DNA of 64,000 nucleotides from an uncultured Actinomycetota bacterium (GTDB taxonomy: Bacteria > Actinomycetota > Actinomycetes > CAVWCF01). The stretch covers positions 125,970 to 189,969 of the forward strand of contig CAVOOM010000008.1 of the NCBI GenBank assembly GCA_963697565.1. The letters run 5' to 3'. The position numbers were made by a program, and so were the translations under genes. Under the pieces are notes generated by a model. That model made no database searches. It saw only the letters and a program-made list of their open reading frames with translations, and was not told the DNA's origin. Within the stretch, counting starts at the first letter, position 1. Each line of letters starts with the position of its first letter. Positions 34,065 to 43,258 of this stretch are shown piece after piece.

Positions 34065-34171
34065 GGTGGTCCTCCTGGGCTGGGGTACGTCGGCGGGTGG
34101 TGCGTGTTCCTAGAGCACCAGGCGCAGGTCAGGACGGGGGTGGCTGCCGCGTACGGGGTGTGTAAGGGACG

Positions 34172-35035
34172 CTAGGCGAGCCCGCGCCTGGCCACCGCCG
34201 GCGGCCGGTCGCCCCGGATGGCGGCCACCATGTCGAGAACCTCGCGCGTCTCACGCACCTGGTGGGCGCGGAAGACCCGGGCGCCCAGCCAGGCCGACAC
34301 CGCGGTCGCCGCGAGCGTCCCGGTCAGGCGCTCGCCCACCGGGAGATCGAGCGACTCTCCGACGAAGTCTTTGTTCGACAGCGAGACGAGCACGGGCCAG
34401 CCGGTGGCGACCAGCTCCGGCAGCCGCCGGGTGGCCGCAAGCGAGTGGCGGGTGTTCTTGCCGAAGTCGTGGCCGGGGTCGACCAGGACGGCTGTGCGGG
34501 CAACACCGAGGGCCACCGCGCGCTCGGCCTCGGCGGTGGTCCGCTGGACGATGTCGGCCGAGACGTCGGCGTACTCCACGCGATGGGGGCGGGTCCGCGG
34601 GGTGGCGCCCCCCGTGTGCGTGCAGACGATGCCGGCCCCGTACTCGGCGGCCACGGCGGCCAGTCCGGGGTCGTGGCCGCCCCACGCGTCGTTCATCAGG
34701 TGCGCCCCGGCCTCGCAGGCGGCCCGGCCCACCTCGGCTCGCCAGGTGTCGACGCTGATCACGAGGGAGGGGTGCCGGGAGGAGACCGCCGCGACAAAGG
34801 CGGCGACCCGCCGGATCTCCTCGGCGGCGTCCACGGCCTGCCCCGGCCCGGCCTTGACCCCCCCGATATCGACGATCCCGGCCCCCTCGGCCACCGCGCG
34901 GTCGACCGACTCCAGAGCCGCCTGCTCCGAGAAGTTCGCGCCACGGTCGTAGAAGGAGTCCGGGGTGCGGTTGATGATCGCCATCACGACGAGCTCGTCG
35001 TCGGCGAAGGCTCGGGGCCCCAGCGTGAGAGGCAC
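34172..35035 (-). CDS. folP: Dihydropteroate synthase homologue (FolP2 type)
   Basis: MAIINRTPDSFYD, IGGVKAG, SVDTWR, DPGHDFGK, SNKDF. Confidence 0.9.
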   Translation of the reverse strand: MPLTLGPRAFADDELVVMAIINRTPDSFYDRGANFSEQAALESVDRAVAEGAGIVDIGGVKAGPGQAVDAAEEIRRVAAFVAAVSSRHPSLVISVDTWRAEVGRAACEAGAHLMNDAWGGHDPGLAAVAAEYGAGIVCTHTGGATPRTRPHRVEYADVSADIVQRTTAEAERAVALGVARTAVLVDPGHDFGKNTRHSLAATRRLPELVATGWPVLVSLSNKDFVGESLDLPVGERLTGTLAATAVSAWLGARVFRAHQVRETREVLDMVAAIRGDRPPAVARRGLA

Positions 35036-35094
35036 GGTGCTCCTCGGGTCGGCGTGGACGGGTGCTCAGGCGCCCAGCGTGGCACGATCGGCAG

Positions 35095-35376
35095 ATGCCC
35101 GTGCTTGAGCTCGTCATCGGCCTGGCCATCCTCGCGGGGGTGGCGATCGTCGCCTCGGGACGTGCCGGCGCCGCCTCGCCCGCCGCGCCAGATCGCCCGC
35201 CACTGGCGTTGCCGGCGGATCGCCCGCTGGTGGCCGAGGACCTCGCGCAGGTGCGCTTCAGCGTCGGCTTCCGCGGATACCGGATGGATCAGGTGGACGC
35301 CCTGCTCGACCGGATCGAGCACGAGTGGCCGACGCGCGAGACGGCTGACGCTGACTCCTCCCGGCCCGTCGAATGA
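35095..35376 (+). CDS. DivIVA domain-containing membrane protein
   Basis: N-terminal TM; VRFSVGFRGYRMDQVDALLDR. Confidence 0.88.
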   Translation: MPVLELVIGLAILAGVAIVASGRAGAASPAAPDRPPLALPADRPLVAEDLAQVRFSVGFRGYRMDQVDALLDRIEHEWPTRETADADSSRPVE

Positions 35377-35849
35377 CGGCGCCGGCGCCCGGCCGCCGCC
35401 GGATCCAGGTCGATGTGGTCGTCGATGCCCCGCCCGAGGCCGTCTGGGCGGCTGTCACCGACTGGGAGCGGCAGTCCGAGTGGATGCTCGGCACGACCGT
35501 CCGCGCGACCGATCAGGGCGGGGTCGGGGTGGGCGGCGGAATCGAGGCGTTCACCGGGGCCGGCCGGCTGGGCTTCCTGGACACCATGGTGATCACCGAC
35601 TGGGATCCCCCGCGGCTCTGCGTCGTCGAGCACACCGGGCGCGTGGTCCGCGGCCAGGGCATCTTCGAGGTCGTCCCGCTGCCGGGGGGCCGCAGCCGGT
35701 TCGTCTGGATCGAGGACCTCGACCTGCCCCTCGGGGCGGTGGGCCGAGCCGGGTGGCCGCTCGTCCGGCCGGCCTTCGCCGCCGGGGTGCGCTCGTCGCT
35801 GCGGGCCCTGGGGCGGGCGGTTGAGGCCGAGCACGCCGCAGGGCCGTGA
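35373..35849 (+). CDS. SRPBCC family protein
   Basis: APPEAVWAAVTDW...WDPP; overlapping operon junctions. Confidence 0.85.
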   Translation: MTAPAPGRRRIQVDVVVDAPPEAVWAAVTDWERQSEWMLGTTVRATDQGGVGVGGGIEAFTGAGRLGFLDTMVITDWDPPRLCVVEHTGRVVRGQGIFEVVPLPGGRSRFVWIEDLDLPLGAVGRAGWPLVRPAFAAGVRSSLRALGRAVEAEHAAGP

Positions 35850-36463
35850 GCGACTGGGCGTCGCTCGGCTCGCCGACCGGGGCAGTGACCGGGGCGGACG
35901 GGCTGGCGCGCTGCCCGTGGGGGTCCGGCTCGGACGACTACCGGGCTTACCACGACGCGGAGTGGGGGCGCCCGCTCCGGGGCGATGACGCGCTGTTTGA
36001 GCGCCTCACCCTGGAGGCGTTCCAGTCCGGGTTGTCGTGGTTGACCATCCTGCGCAAGCGGCCGGCCTTCCGGGCGGCGTTCGCGGGCTTCTCGATCCCC
36101 GCCGTCGCGGCGTTCGGCGAGGCCGACCGGGCCAGGCTGCTGGCCGATGCCGGGATCGTCCGCAACCGGGCCAAAGTCGACGCGGCGATGGCCAACGCCC
36201 GGGCGGCGCTGCGGCTGCTCGATGCCGAGGGGGAGGGCGCGCTCGACCGGCTGCTGTGGTCGTTCGCGCCGCCGCCTGGCCCGCCTCCGCTCGTGATGGG
36301 GGACCTGCCGGCGCAGACGTCGGAGTCGGCCGCGCTGGCCAAGGCGCTCAAGCGCCACGGCTTCGTCTTCGTCGGACCGACCACGATGTACGCCCTGCAG
36401 CAGGCGGTCGGCATGGTGGACGACCACCTGGCCGGCTGCTGGCGGCGAGGTCAGTCCGGGTAG
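35846..36463 (+). CDS. tag: DNA-3-methyladenine glycosylase I
   Basis: RCPW, YHDAEWG, LEAFQSGLSW, IVRNRAK, FVGPTT, DDHLAGC. Confidence 0.93.
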   Translation: MSDWASLGSPTGAVTGADGLARCPWGSGSDDYRAYHDAEWGRPLRGDDALFERLTLEAFQSGLSWLTILRKRPAFRAAFAGFSIPAVAAFGEADRARLLADAGIVRNRAKVDAAMANARAALRLLDAEGEGALDRLLWSFAPPPGPPPLVMGDLPAQTSESAALAKALKRHGFVFVGPTTMYALQQAVGMVDDHLAGCWRRGQSG

Positions 36464-37560
36464 CGCTGCCGCAGCACGCGGGCCGCGGCCTCCATGGCGC
36501 TGATCTTCGCCAGCGCGGTCGGGCGGGGCAGGAACCACATGCCGCAGTCGGGGGCGAGCCGCACGCGATCGGGCCCGAGCACGCCGACGGCGGCCTCGGC
36601 CCGCGCCACGATCTCGTCGGCCGACTCCACCGGCGCCTCGGTGTCGAGGGACAGCACCCCGAGCGCGACGGTCTTGCCGGCGGCGCCGGCGAGCAGCTCC
36701 GGACCGTGCCCGGGCTGGGCGTACTCCAGCGAGATCTCGTCGGCGGATGTGGCGGCCAGCAGGGCGACGGCCTGGGCGTACACCGGCGTCGCGCGCTTCT
36801 CGGCGATGTTCTTGCTGTAGCCGTAGCACATGTGGACCGCGGTGCGGCAGCTCAGCCCGGCCAGGGCCCGGTCGATGGCCTCGACGGCGAAGCCGGCGAC
36901 CTGCGAGTAGCGGAAGTGCGCCTCGGGCTCATCGAGCTGGATCAGGTCGACGCCCATGGCCTCGAGCGCCCGGACCTCCTGGTTGAGCACCTCGGCCAAC
37001 GCGAAGGCCAGGTCGCGCAGCGAGCCGTAGTGCTCGTCGACGAGGCGCAGGGCCAAGGTGACCGGGCCGATCACGGTGACCTTGGTGAGCCGGTCGGTCG
37101 AGGCGCGCAGGAACGCGACGTCGCCGCCGAGGATCGGCTGCTCCCACGTGAGCGGACCGGTCACCCGGGGCAGCTCGAACTTCGGCGGGGCGGCGGGCTT
37201 GCCCTCGGCGTCGGAGGTCGCCGCCCGCTTCTTCATGGTGAGGTACTCGTTGACGTCGTTGCTGAAGTTGGTGACGGCGCCCTGCTCGTCGGAGTCGATC
37301 CCGCCGAAGCCCGAGTAGAAGTGGCCGGAGAAGGTCTGCCGCCGCTGCTCGCCGTCGGTGACGTACGTGAGGCCGGCCCGCTCCTGGTCGTACACCGCAA
37401 GGCGGACGGCGTCGTCGAGGGCGTCGGCGCGCTGCTGGCCGTCGAGCCGCCACCAGGTGCCCTCGTGCCCGTAGACGCGGTCGTGGTCGGCCAGCCAGGT
37501 CGGCTTGCACCAGGAGCCGACCAACTCGGTCGCGAAACGCGGGGCTACGGCAGTCGTCAT
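36451..37560 (-). CDS. Single-barrel cobalamin-independent methionine synthase-family (MetE catalytic domain) protein
   Basis: VGSW.KP, TDGEQRR, IQLDEP, zinc ligands VHMCYG and PDCG; no N-terminal MetE barrel. Confidence 0.85.
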   Translation of the reverse strand: MTTAVAPRFATELVGSWCKPTWLADHDRVYGHEGTWWRLDGQQRADALDDAVRLAVYDQERAGLTYVTDGEQRRQTFSGHFYSGFGGIDSDEQGAVTNFSNDVNEYLTMKKRAATSDAEGKPAAPPKFELPRVTGPLTWEQPILGGDVAFLRASTDRLTKVTVIGPVTLALRLVDEHYGSLRDLAFALAEVLNQEVRALEAMGVDLIQLDEPEAHFRYSQVAGFAVEAIDRALAGLSCRTAVHMCYGYSKNIAEKRATPVYAQAVALLAATSADEISLEYAQPGHGPELLAGAAGKTVALGVLSLDTEAPVESADEIVARAEAAVGVLGPDRVRLAPDCGMWFLPRPTALAKISAMEAAARVLRQRYPD

Positions 37561-37693
37561 GGCGGCACCTTAGGGAGTCCGGCAGGCGCGGTGGGGGGTG
37601 GGTGGCGCGAGCGGGTGCCGGGATCGGGGATAATGGCGTGCCCGCCCATCCTCTCCGGGGGCGCGGGCGCACCGAACAGGAAGGGGACCGCAG

Positions 37694-37861
37694 ATGGCGG
37701 CGATGAAGCCGCGGACGGGCGACGGCCCGCTCGAGGTGACCAAGGAGGGACGCGGCATCGTGATGCGCGTTCCGCTGGAGGGCGGCGGCCGTCTCGTCGT
37801 CGAGTTGAATGCCGAGGAGGCCGGCGACCTGGGCGACAAGCTCAAGGCCGTGGTCAGTTAG
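37694..37861 (+). CDS. DUF3117 family small protein (55 aa, absent from the ORF track)
   Basis: MAAMKPRTGDGPLEVTKEGRGIVMRVPLEGGGRLVVELNAEEAGDLGDKLKAVVS*; AAGGGG RBS; GATAAT upstream. Confidence 0.95.
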   Translation: MAAMKPRTGDGPLEVTKEGRGIVMRVPLEGGGRLVVELNAEEAGDLGDKLKAVVS

Positions 37862-37883
37862 TCCCCTCTTCACCTCCCCGGTC

Positions 37884-37918
37884 CGGCCCCCGACTCCGCT
37901 GCGCGGAACCGGGGGCCG
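37884..37918 (+). terminator. Possible terminator hairpin after DUF3117
   Basis: GGCCCCCG...CGGGGGCC arms with an inner TCCGC/GCGGA stem; imperfect, weak U-tail. Confidence 0.35.
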
Positions 37919-37950
37919 CGGCCTTCCTGCCGAGCGAGAGGACCAGCGCC

Positions 37951-39530
37951 GTGGCCCCGCGTCCCCGCAGCTCCGCCCCCGAACCGCGGGTGGGTGGATC
38001 CGCCGGCTGCCGCCGCCGGCTCGGCTTGTGGAGACCCCGGGGGGAGCACCGGTCCTGGCGGTGCTGGTCGGCTCTGACGGATCAGGCCGGCCCACGCTCA
38101 CGCGGGCGGCCGCGCAGGCCGTCGTCGCCGCGGAGCTCGATCCCGACCGGGTGCTCGCCCGCTCCCGGGCGAAGTCCGCCGCTGGCGAGGCCGTCGCGAT
38201 CCCGCTTCTGCAGGACGGGCCGCGCGAGTCGCTGGTCCTGGTCGGCTGCGCGGGCGACACCCCTACGGAGTGGCGCCGCGCCGGCGCGGCGCTGGCCCGG
38301 CGGTCGCCGGCCGGAGCGGTCGAGCTGGTCCTCGGCCGGCTCAGCGGCCCGCGGCCCGCGGCTCGCGTGCAGGCGTTGATCGAAGGCTGGCTGCTCGCCG
38401 CGTACGCACCCCCCCGGCGGCCGGTTCGCGCCCCTGAACCCCGCGAGCTCATCGTGGTGGCCCGGGCCGCCGCCGACCTGGCGGCCGCCGTCCGCGCCGC
38501 GCAGACCGCCGCCGGGGCCACCTGGCTGGCCCGCGACCTGGCGGCCACCCCCTCGGATCTGAAGACGCCCGAGTGGCTGGCCGATCGCGCCCTGGAGGTG
38601 GCCGCCGAGCGCGGGCTGTCGACCCGGCTCTGGGACGTCCCGGCGCTGGCAGCCGACGGCTTCGGCGGCATCCTCGGCGTGGGCCAGGGCTCGACGCGCC
38701 CGCCGCGGCTCGTCCAACTCGGCTACCGGCCGCCCGGCTCGGCGCAGTGGCCCCACGTGGTGCTGGTCGGCAAGGGCATCACGTTCGACACCGGTGGCCT
38801 GTCGATCAAGCCAGCCGACGCGATGGTCCCGATGAAGACCGACATGGCGGGGGCCGGCGCGGTGCTCGCGGCCATGGCGGCGCTCCCCGAGGTCGCCGCC
38901 CCGGTGCGGGTGACCGCATTGCTCGCCTGCGCTGAGAACATGCCCAGCGGCACGGCTCAGCGCCCCGGCGACGTGCTGACGTCGTACGGCGGCCGCACGG
39001 TCGAGGTGCTCAACACCGACGCCGAGGGCCGGCTCGTGCTGGCCGACGCCCTGGCCTACGCAGACGCGCGGCTGGCCCCCGATGCCATGGTCGACGTGGC
39101 CACCCTGACCGGCGCGGCGACGTTCGGGCTGGGTCGGCGCCACGCGGCGCTCTACGCGACCAGCGACCGGCTGGCCGGCGGCCTGGAGTCCGCGGCCGAC
39201 GTGACCGGCGAGCGGGTGTGGCGGATGCCGATGCCCGACGCGTACGTCCCCGCGCTGGCGTCGCCGGTGGCCGACCTCGCCCACGTCCCGCACCGGCCCG
39301 CGGCCTGGGGCGGCGGGTCGATCACGGCGGCGCTGTTCCTGCGGGCCTTCACCGGGGACCGCCCCTGGGCCCACCTGGACATCGCGGGCACGGGGCGCGC
39401 CGACGCCGACGAGCACGAGGTGGTCAAGGGCGCGACGGGATTCGGCGCCCGCCTGTTGATCGCGTGGCTGGCGGGCGGGGCCGCCGGGGTCAGGCGCGGA
39501 CCGCGACCAGCAGGCCGCGGCCGACGGTGA
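37951..39530 (+). CDS. M17 leucyl aminopeptidase (start uncertain, possible 5' frameshift)
   Basis: VGKGITFDTGG, MKTDMAG, NTDAEGRL, ATLTGA, WAHLDIAG. Confidence 0.9.
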
Positions 39531-40128
39531 GCAGCGCGGGCACCCAGCGCGCGTCGTCGTGCAGGGCCTTGCCCGCCTCGCGGGCGGCCACGGTGTCCGG
39601 ATCGCGCTGGGCCGGGTCGGCCACCTGCCCGCCGGCCAGCGCGTCGTCGATCACGAGCAGCCCGCCCGGGCGCAGCAGCCGGGACGCCTCGGCGATGTGC
39701 TCGGCCCAGGCGACCGGCTCGGCGTCCAGGAAGACCAGGTCGTAGGAGGCGTCGGCGAGGCGGGGGAGGACCTCCGCTGCGCGGCCCGCGATGAGCCGTG
39801 CGCGCCGAGGGGCGAAGCCGGCCTCGAGGAAGGTCTCCCGGGCGAGCCGGTGGTGCTCGGCCTCGACATCGACGGTGGTGAGGACGCCCTCGGGGTCCAT
39901 GCCGCGCAGCAGCCACACGCCGGACACGCCGGCGCCCGTGCCGACCTCGACGACGGAGCGGGCCTCGACCAGGCGGGCGAGCAGGCGCAGGGCCGCGCCG
40001 GTGCTGGGGGTGACGGCCCGGACGCCCACCTCGGCGCCACGTGCGCGGGCCGCGGTGAGAACATCGTCTTCGGTGGCGAGCATGTCGGCATAGGCCTCGC
40101 TGGCGGCTGCGGATGCGTGCTCGGTCAC
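39490..40128 (-). CDS. O-methyltransferase
   Basis: VVEVGTGAGVSG, LTTVDVE, YDLVFLDA. Confidence 0.88.
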   Translation of the reverse strand: MTEHASAAASEAYADMLATEDDVLTAARARGAEVGVRAVTPSTGAALRLLARLVEARSVVEVGTGAGVSGVWLLRGMDPEGVLTTVDVEAEHHRLARETFLEAGFAPRRARLIAGRAAEVLPRLADASYDLVFLDAEPVAWAEHIAEASRLLRPGGLLVIDDALAGGQVADPAQRDPDTVAAREAGKALHDDARWVPALLTVGRGLLVAVRA

Positions 40129-40242
40129 GTGATCAAGCCTACCGGGGGCGGGCGTCCAGGGTGCTCACAGGCAGATCCCAGGATCGTGCGGAACAATCAC
40201 ACCCATCAACAGTGCGCGGACAGCCCAGTGAGGACAGCTTCG

Positions 40243-41678
40243 ATGACAGACACCCCTTGGTGGTCGCAGCCGGCGACCGGCGGCCCGGACGAGCCCACGC
40301 CCCCGGTGGACCCGCCGGCCGAGACCCCGGGCCCGCTGGCCGAGCCGCCCGCCGCCGAGGCGCCCGTCGCGGCCGCCCCTGCCGGCGCGGCGCCTGCTGC
40401 CGACCCGTGGACGGCCACGGCCACCCTGCCGACCGAGCAGCTGCCCCCGGCCGGCGACCCCGCGTGGCAGACGCCGTACCGTCCGGCCGCCCCCGAGGCG
40501 CCGTTCAGCCCTACCAGCCGTACGAGCCGTACGGGGTGCCGCAGACCGACACCCTCGGCCGGCCCCCGAAGGCCAAGTCCCGGACCGGGCGGATCGTGGC
40601 CGGCGCCCTCGCGCTCACCCTGCTGGCCGGCGTGGCCGGCGGAGCCGCGGGGTGGTACCTCGCCGAGCGCTCCGACCAGCAGCTCACCGACTCGAACGCC
40701 AGCCTGGGCGGGGTCCCCGCCGGCGACCTGGCGCGTGATCCGGAGAGCGTCGCCGGGATCGCGGCCGCCGTGCTGCCGACCGTCGTGTCGATCGCGGTCC
40801 GCAACGGGTCCTCTGGGAGCACGGGATCGGGCTTCGTCATCCGCGCCGATGGCTACCTGCTGACCAACAACCACGTCGTCGAGTCCGCCGCGGATGGCGC
40901 CGGCGAGATCACCGTGACATTCCAGGACGGCTCGCGCGACAAGGCCGAGATCGTCGGCCGCTCGACCTCGTACGACCTCGCCGTGCTCAAGATCGACCGC
41001 GGCGGTCTGGCCACCTCGACGCTCGGCAACTCCGACGGCGTGGTCCAGGGCGACTCGGCCATCGCGATCGGCTCCCCGCTGGGCCTGTCCGGGACGGTGA
41101 CCTCCGGCATCATCAGCGCCCTCAACCGCCCCGTCACCGCCGGGGGGGACACCGGCAGCGACCGCTCGTTCATCGCCGCCCTGCAGACCGACGCGGCCAT
41201 CAACCCGGGCAACTCCGGCGGCCCGCTGGTGGACGCCAACGGCGCGGTCATCGGCGTGAACTCCGCGATCGCCACCCTGGGCGCCGGGCAAGGGGCGCAG
41301 AGCGGCAGCATCGGGCTCGGCTTCGCCATCCCGATCAACCAGGCCCGCCGGGTCGCCGAGCAGCTCATCGCGACCGGCTCGGCGTCGTACCCGATCGTCG
41401 GGGCCACCCTGGACTCCACGTACCAAGGCCAGGGCGCCCGGATCGCCGTCCAGGACAGCCGCGGCAACCCGGGGATCACCCCGGGCGGCCCGGCCGACCA
41501 GGCCGGCCTCGAGCCGGGCGACGTCATCACCGAGGTCGACGGGGTCGCCATCCAGGGCGCCGACGAGCTGATCGTCGCGATCCGGGCCAAGGCCCCCGGG
41601 GACACCATCGGCGTCACCTACCTGCGCGGCGACGAGGAGCGCTCGGCCACGATCACGCTCGGCGAGGCCAGCGACTAG
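40243..41678 (+). CDS. htrA: HtrA/S1C serine protease with PDZ domain (frameshift near 40510)
   Basis: Pro-rich N-terminus, TM, TNNHVV, DLAVLK, QTDAAINPGNSGG, PDZ domain. Confidence 0.92.
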
Positions 41679-41748
41679 CACTTCGCCCGACGAGCCCTTC
41701 GCCCCCGCGTACGCTGGCCGCGTACCCCGGCGGCGAAGGGAGGCGGAC

Positions 41749-42084
41749 GTGTTCGACATCGGGTTCTGGGAGTTCGCCGCCCTGGCCGTGATCGCGCTGT
41801 TCGTCTTCGGCCCCGACCGGCTGCCCAAGGCGGCCGCCGAGGGGGCGAAGTGGCTGCGCGAGATCCGCGCGCTCGCCGTGCAGGCCCGATCTCAGATGAC
41901 CGAGACGCTCGGGCCCGAGGTGGCCGAGGTCGCCTTCGACCCGAAGGGCGCCGTGCGGCGGGCGGTGGTCGACCCGGTGCGCGAGCCGTTCGACGCGGCC
42001 GCCCGCGACGTGCGCGCGACCAGCGACGCACGGCCCGCGGGAGACCCCGCCCCGCGCCCGGTGATCGACCCCGACGCGACCTAG
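41749..42084 (+). CDS. tatB: Sec-independent translocase subunit TatB
   Basis: MFDIGFWE...FGPDRLP...IDPDAT; lies between htrA and mrp. Confidence 0.88.
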   Translation: MFDIGFWEFAALAVIALFVFGPDRLPKAAAEGAKWLREIRALAVQARSQMTETLGPEVAEVAFDPKGAVRRAVVDPVREPFDAAARDVRATSDARPAGDPAPRPVIDPDAT

Positions 42085-43214
42085 CCCGCGGGCGAGATCG
42101 ACAGGCTGAGCCCGGCCAGGCCCCGCTGCCGGCGACCCAGGGCGGTCGCCACCGCGGTCAGCGCCTTGGCGGCCGGAGCGGCCGGATCGGACAGCACCAG
42201 CGGCTGCCCGTCGTCGCCGCCTTCGCGGACGCGCGGGTCCAGCGGCACCTGCGCGAGCAGGGGCACCTCGGCGCCGACGGAGCGGGAGAGCGCGTCGGCC
42301 ACCGTGCGCCCGCCGCCGCTGCCGAAGACGTCGACCACGTCGCCGCAGTGCGGGCACGGGAAGCCGGACATGTTCTCGACGACGCCGGCGATCCGCTGGT
42401 GGGTCTGCAGGGCGATCGTCCCGGCCCGCTCGGCGACCTCTGCGGCCGCGGCCTGGGGGGTGGTCACCACCAGGATCTCGGCCGAGGGCACCAACTGGGC
42501 CACGGAGATCGCGATGTCGCCGGTGCCCGGCGGCAGGTCCATGAGGAGCACGTCGAGGTCGCCCCAGTAGACATCCGACAGGAACTGCTGCAGGGCGCGG
42601 TGCAGCATCGGGCCGCGCCACACCACGGGGGTGTTGCCGGCGGTGAACATCCCGATCGAGATGACCTTCACGCCATGCGCCGCCGGCGGCATGATCATGT
42701 TCTCGACCTGGGTCGGCCGGGCGTGCGCGCCCAGCATCCGCGGGATCGAGTGGCCGTAGATGTCGGCGTCGAGCACCCCGACGCGCAGACCCTGGGCGGC
42801 CATGGCCACCGCCACGTTGACCGTCACCGAGGACTTGCCGACGCCGCCCTTGCCGCTGGCCACCGCGTACACGCGGGTGAGCGAACCGGGTTGGGCGAAG
42901 GGGATCTCGCGCTCGGCCTGGCCGCCCCGGAGCCGGCTGGCGAGGTCGCGGCGCTGCTCGTCGCCCATCACGCCGAGCTCCAGGTCGACGTCGGTCACGC
43001 CCGCAACGGCGCCGACGGCGGCGGTGACGTCGCGGGTGATCGTGTCGCGCAGCGGGCAGCCGGCGACGGTGAGCAGGACGACGACCCGCACCCGCCCGCT
43101 GGCGTCGACCTCGACGGTCTCGACCATGCCGAGGTCGGTGATGGGCTGGTGGATCTCGGGGTCCTGGACGGCCGACAGCGCGGCGTGGACCTGCTCGACG
43201 GTGGGCGTGGGCAT
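42081..43214 (-). CDS. mrp: Mrp/NBP35 Fe-S cluster carrier ATPase
   Basis: DPEI, GCPL, ASGKGGVGKS, WRGPM, DLPPGTGD, ENMS..CPHC. Confidence 0.93.
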   Translation of the reverse strand: MPTPTVEQVHAALSAVQDPEIHQPITDLGMVETVEVDASGRVRVVVLLTVAGCPLRDTITRDVTAAVGAVAGVTDVDLELGVMGDEQRRDLASRLRGGQAEREIPFAQPGSLTRVYAVASGKGGVGKSSVTVNVAVAMAAQGLRVGVLDADIYGHSIPRMLGAHARPTQVENMIMPPAAHGVKVISIGMFTAGNTPVVWRGPMLHRALQQFLSDVYWGDLDVLLMDLPPGTGDIAISVAQLVPSAEILVVTTPQAAAAEVAERAGTIALQTHQRIAGVVENMSGFPCPHCGDVVDVFGSGGGRTVADALSRSVGAEVPLLAQVPLDPRVREGGDDGQPLVLSDPAAPAAKALTAVATALGRRQRGLAGLSLSISPAG

Positions 43215-43258
43215 GCGGTCCAGGCTACGGCCGGCCGCCGCGGACACCAATCGGGCGC

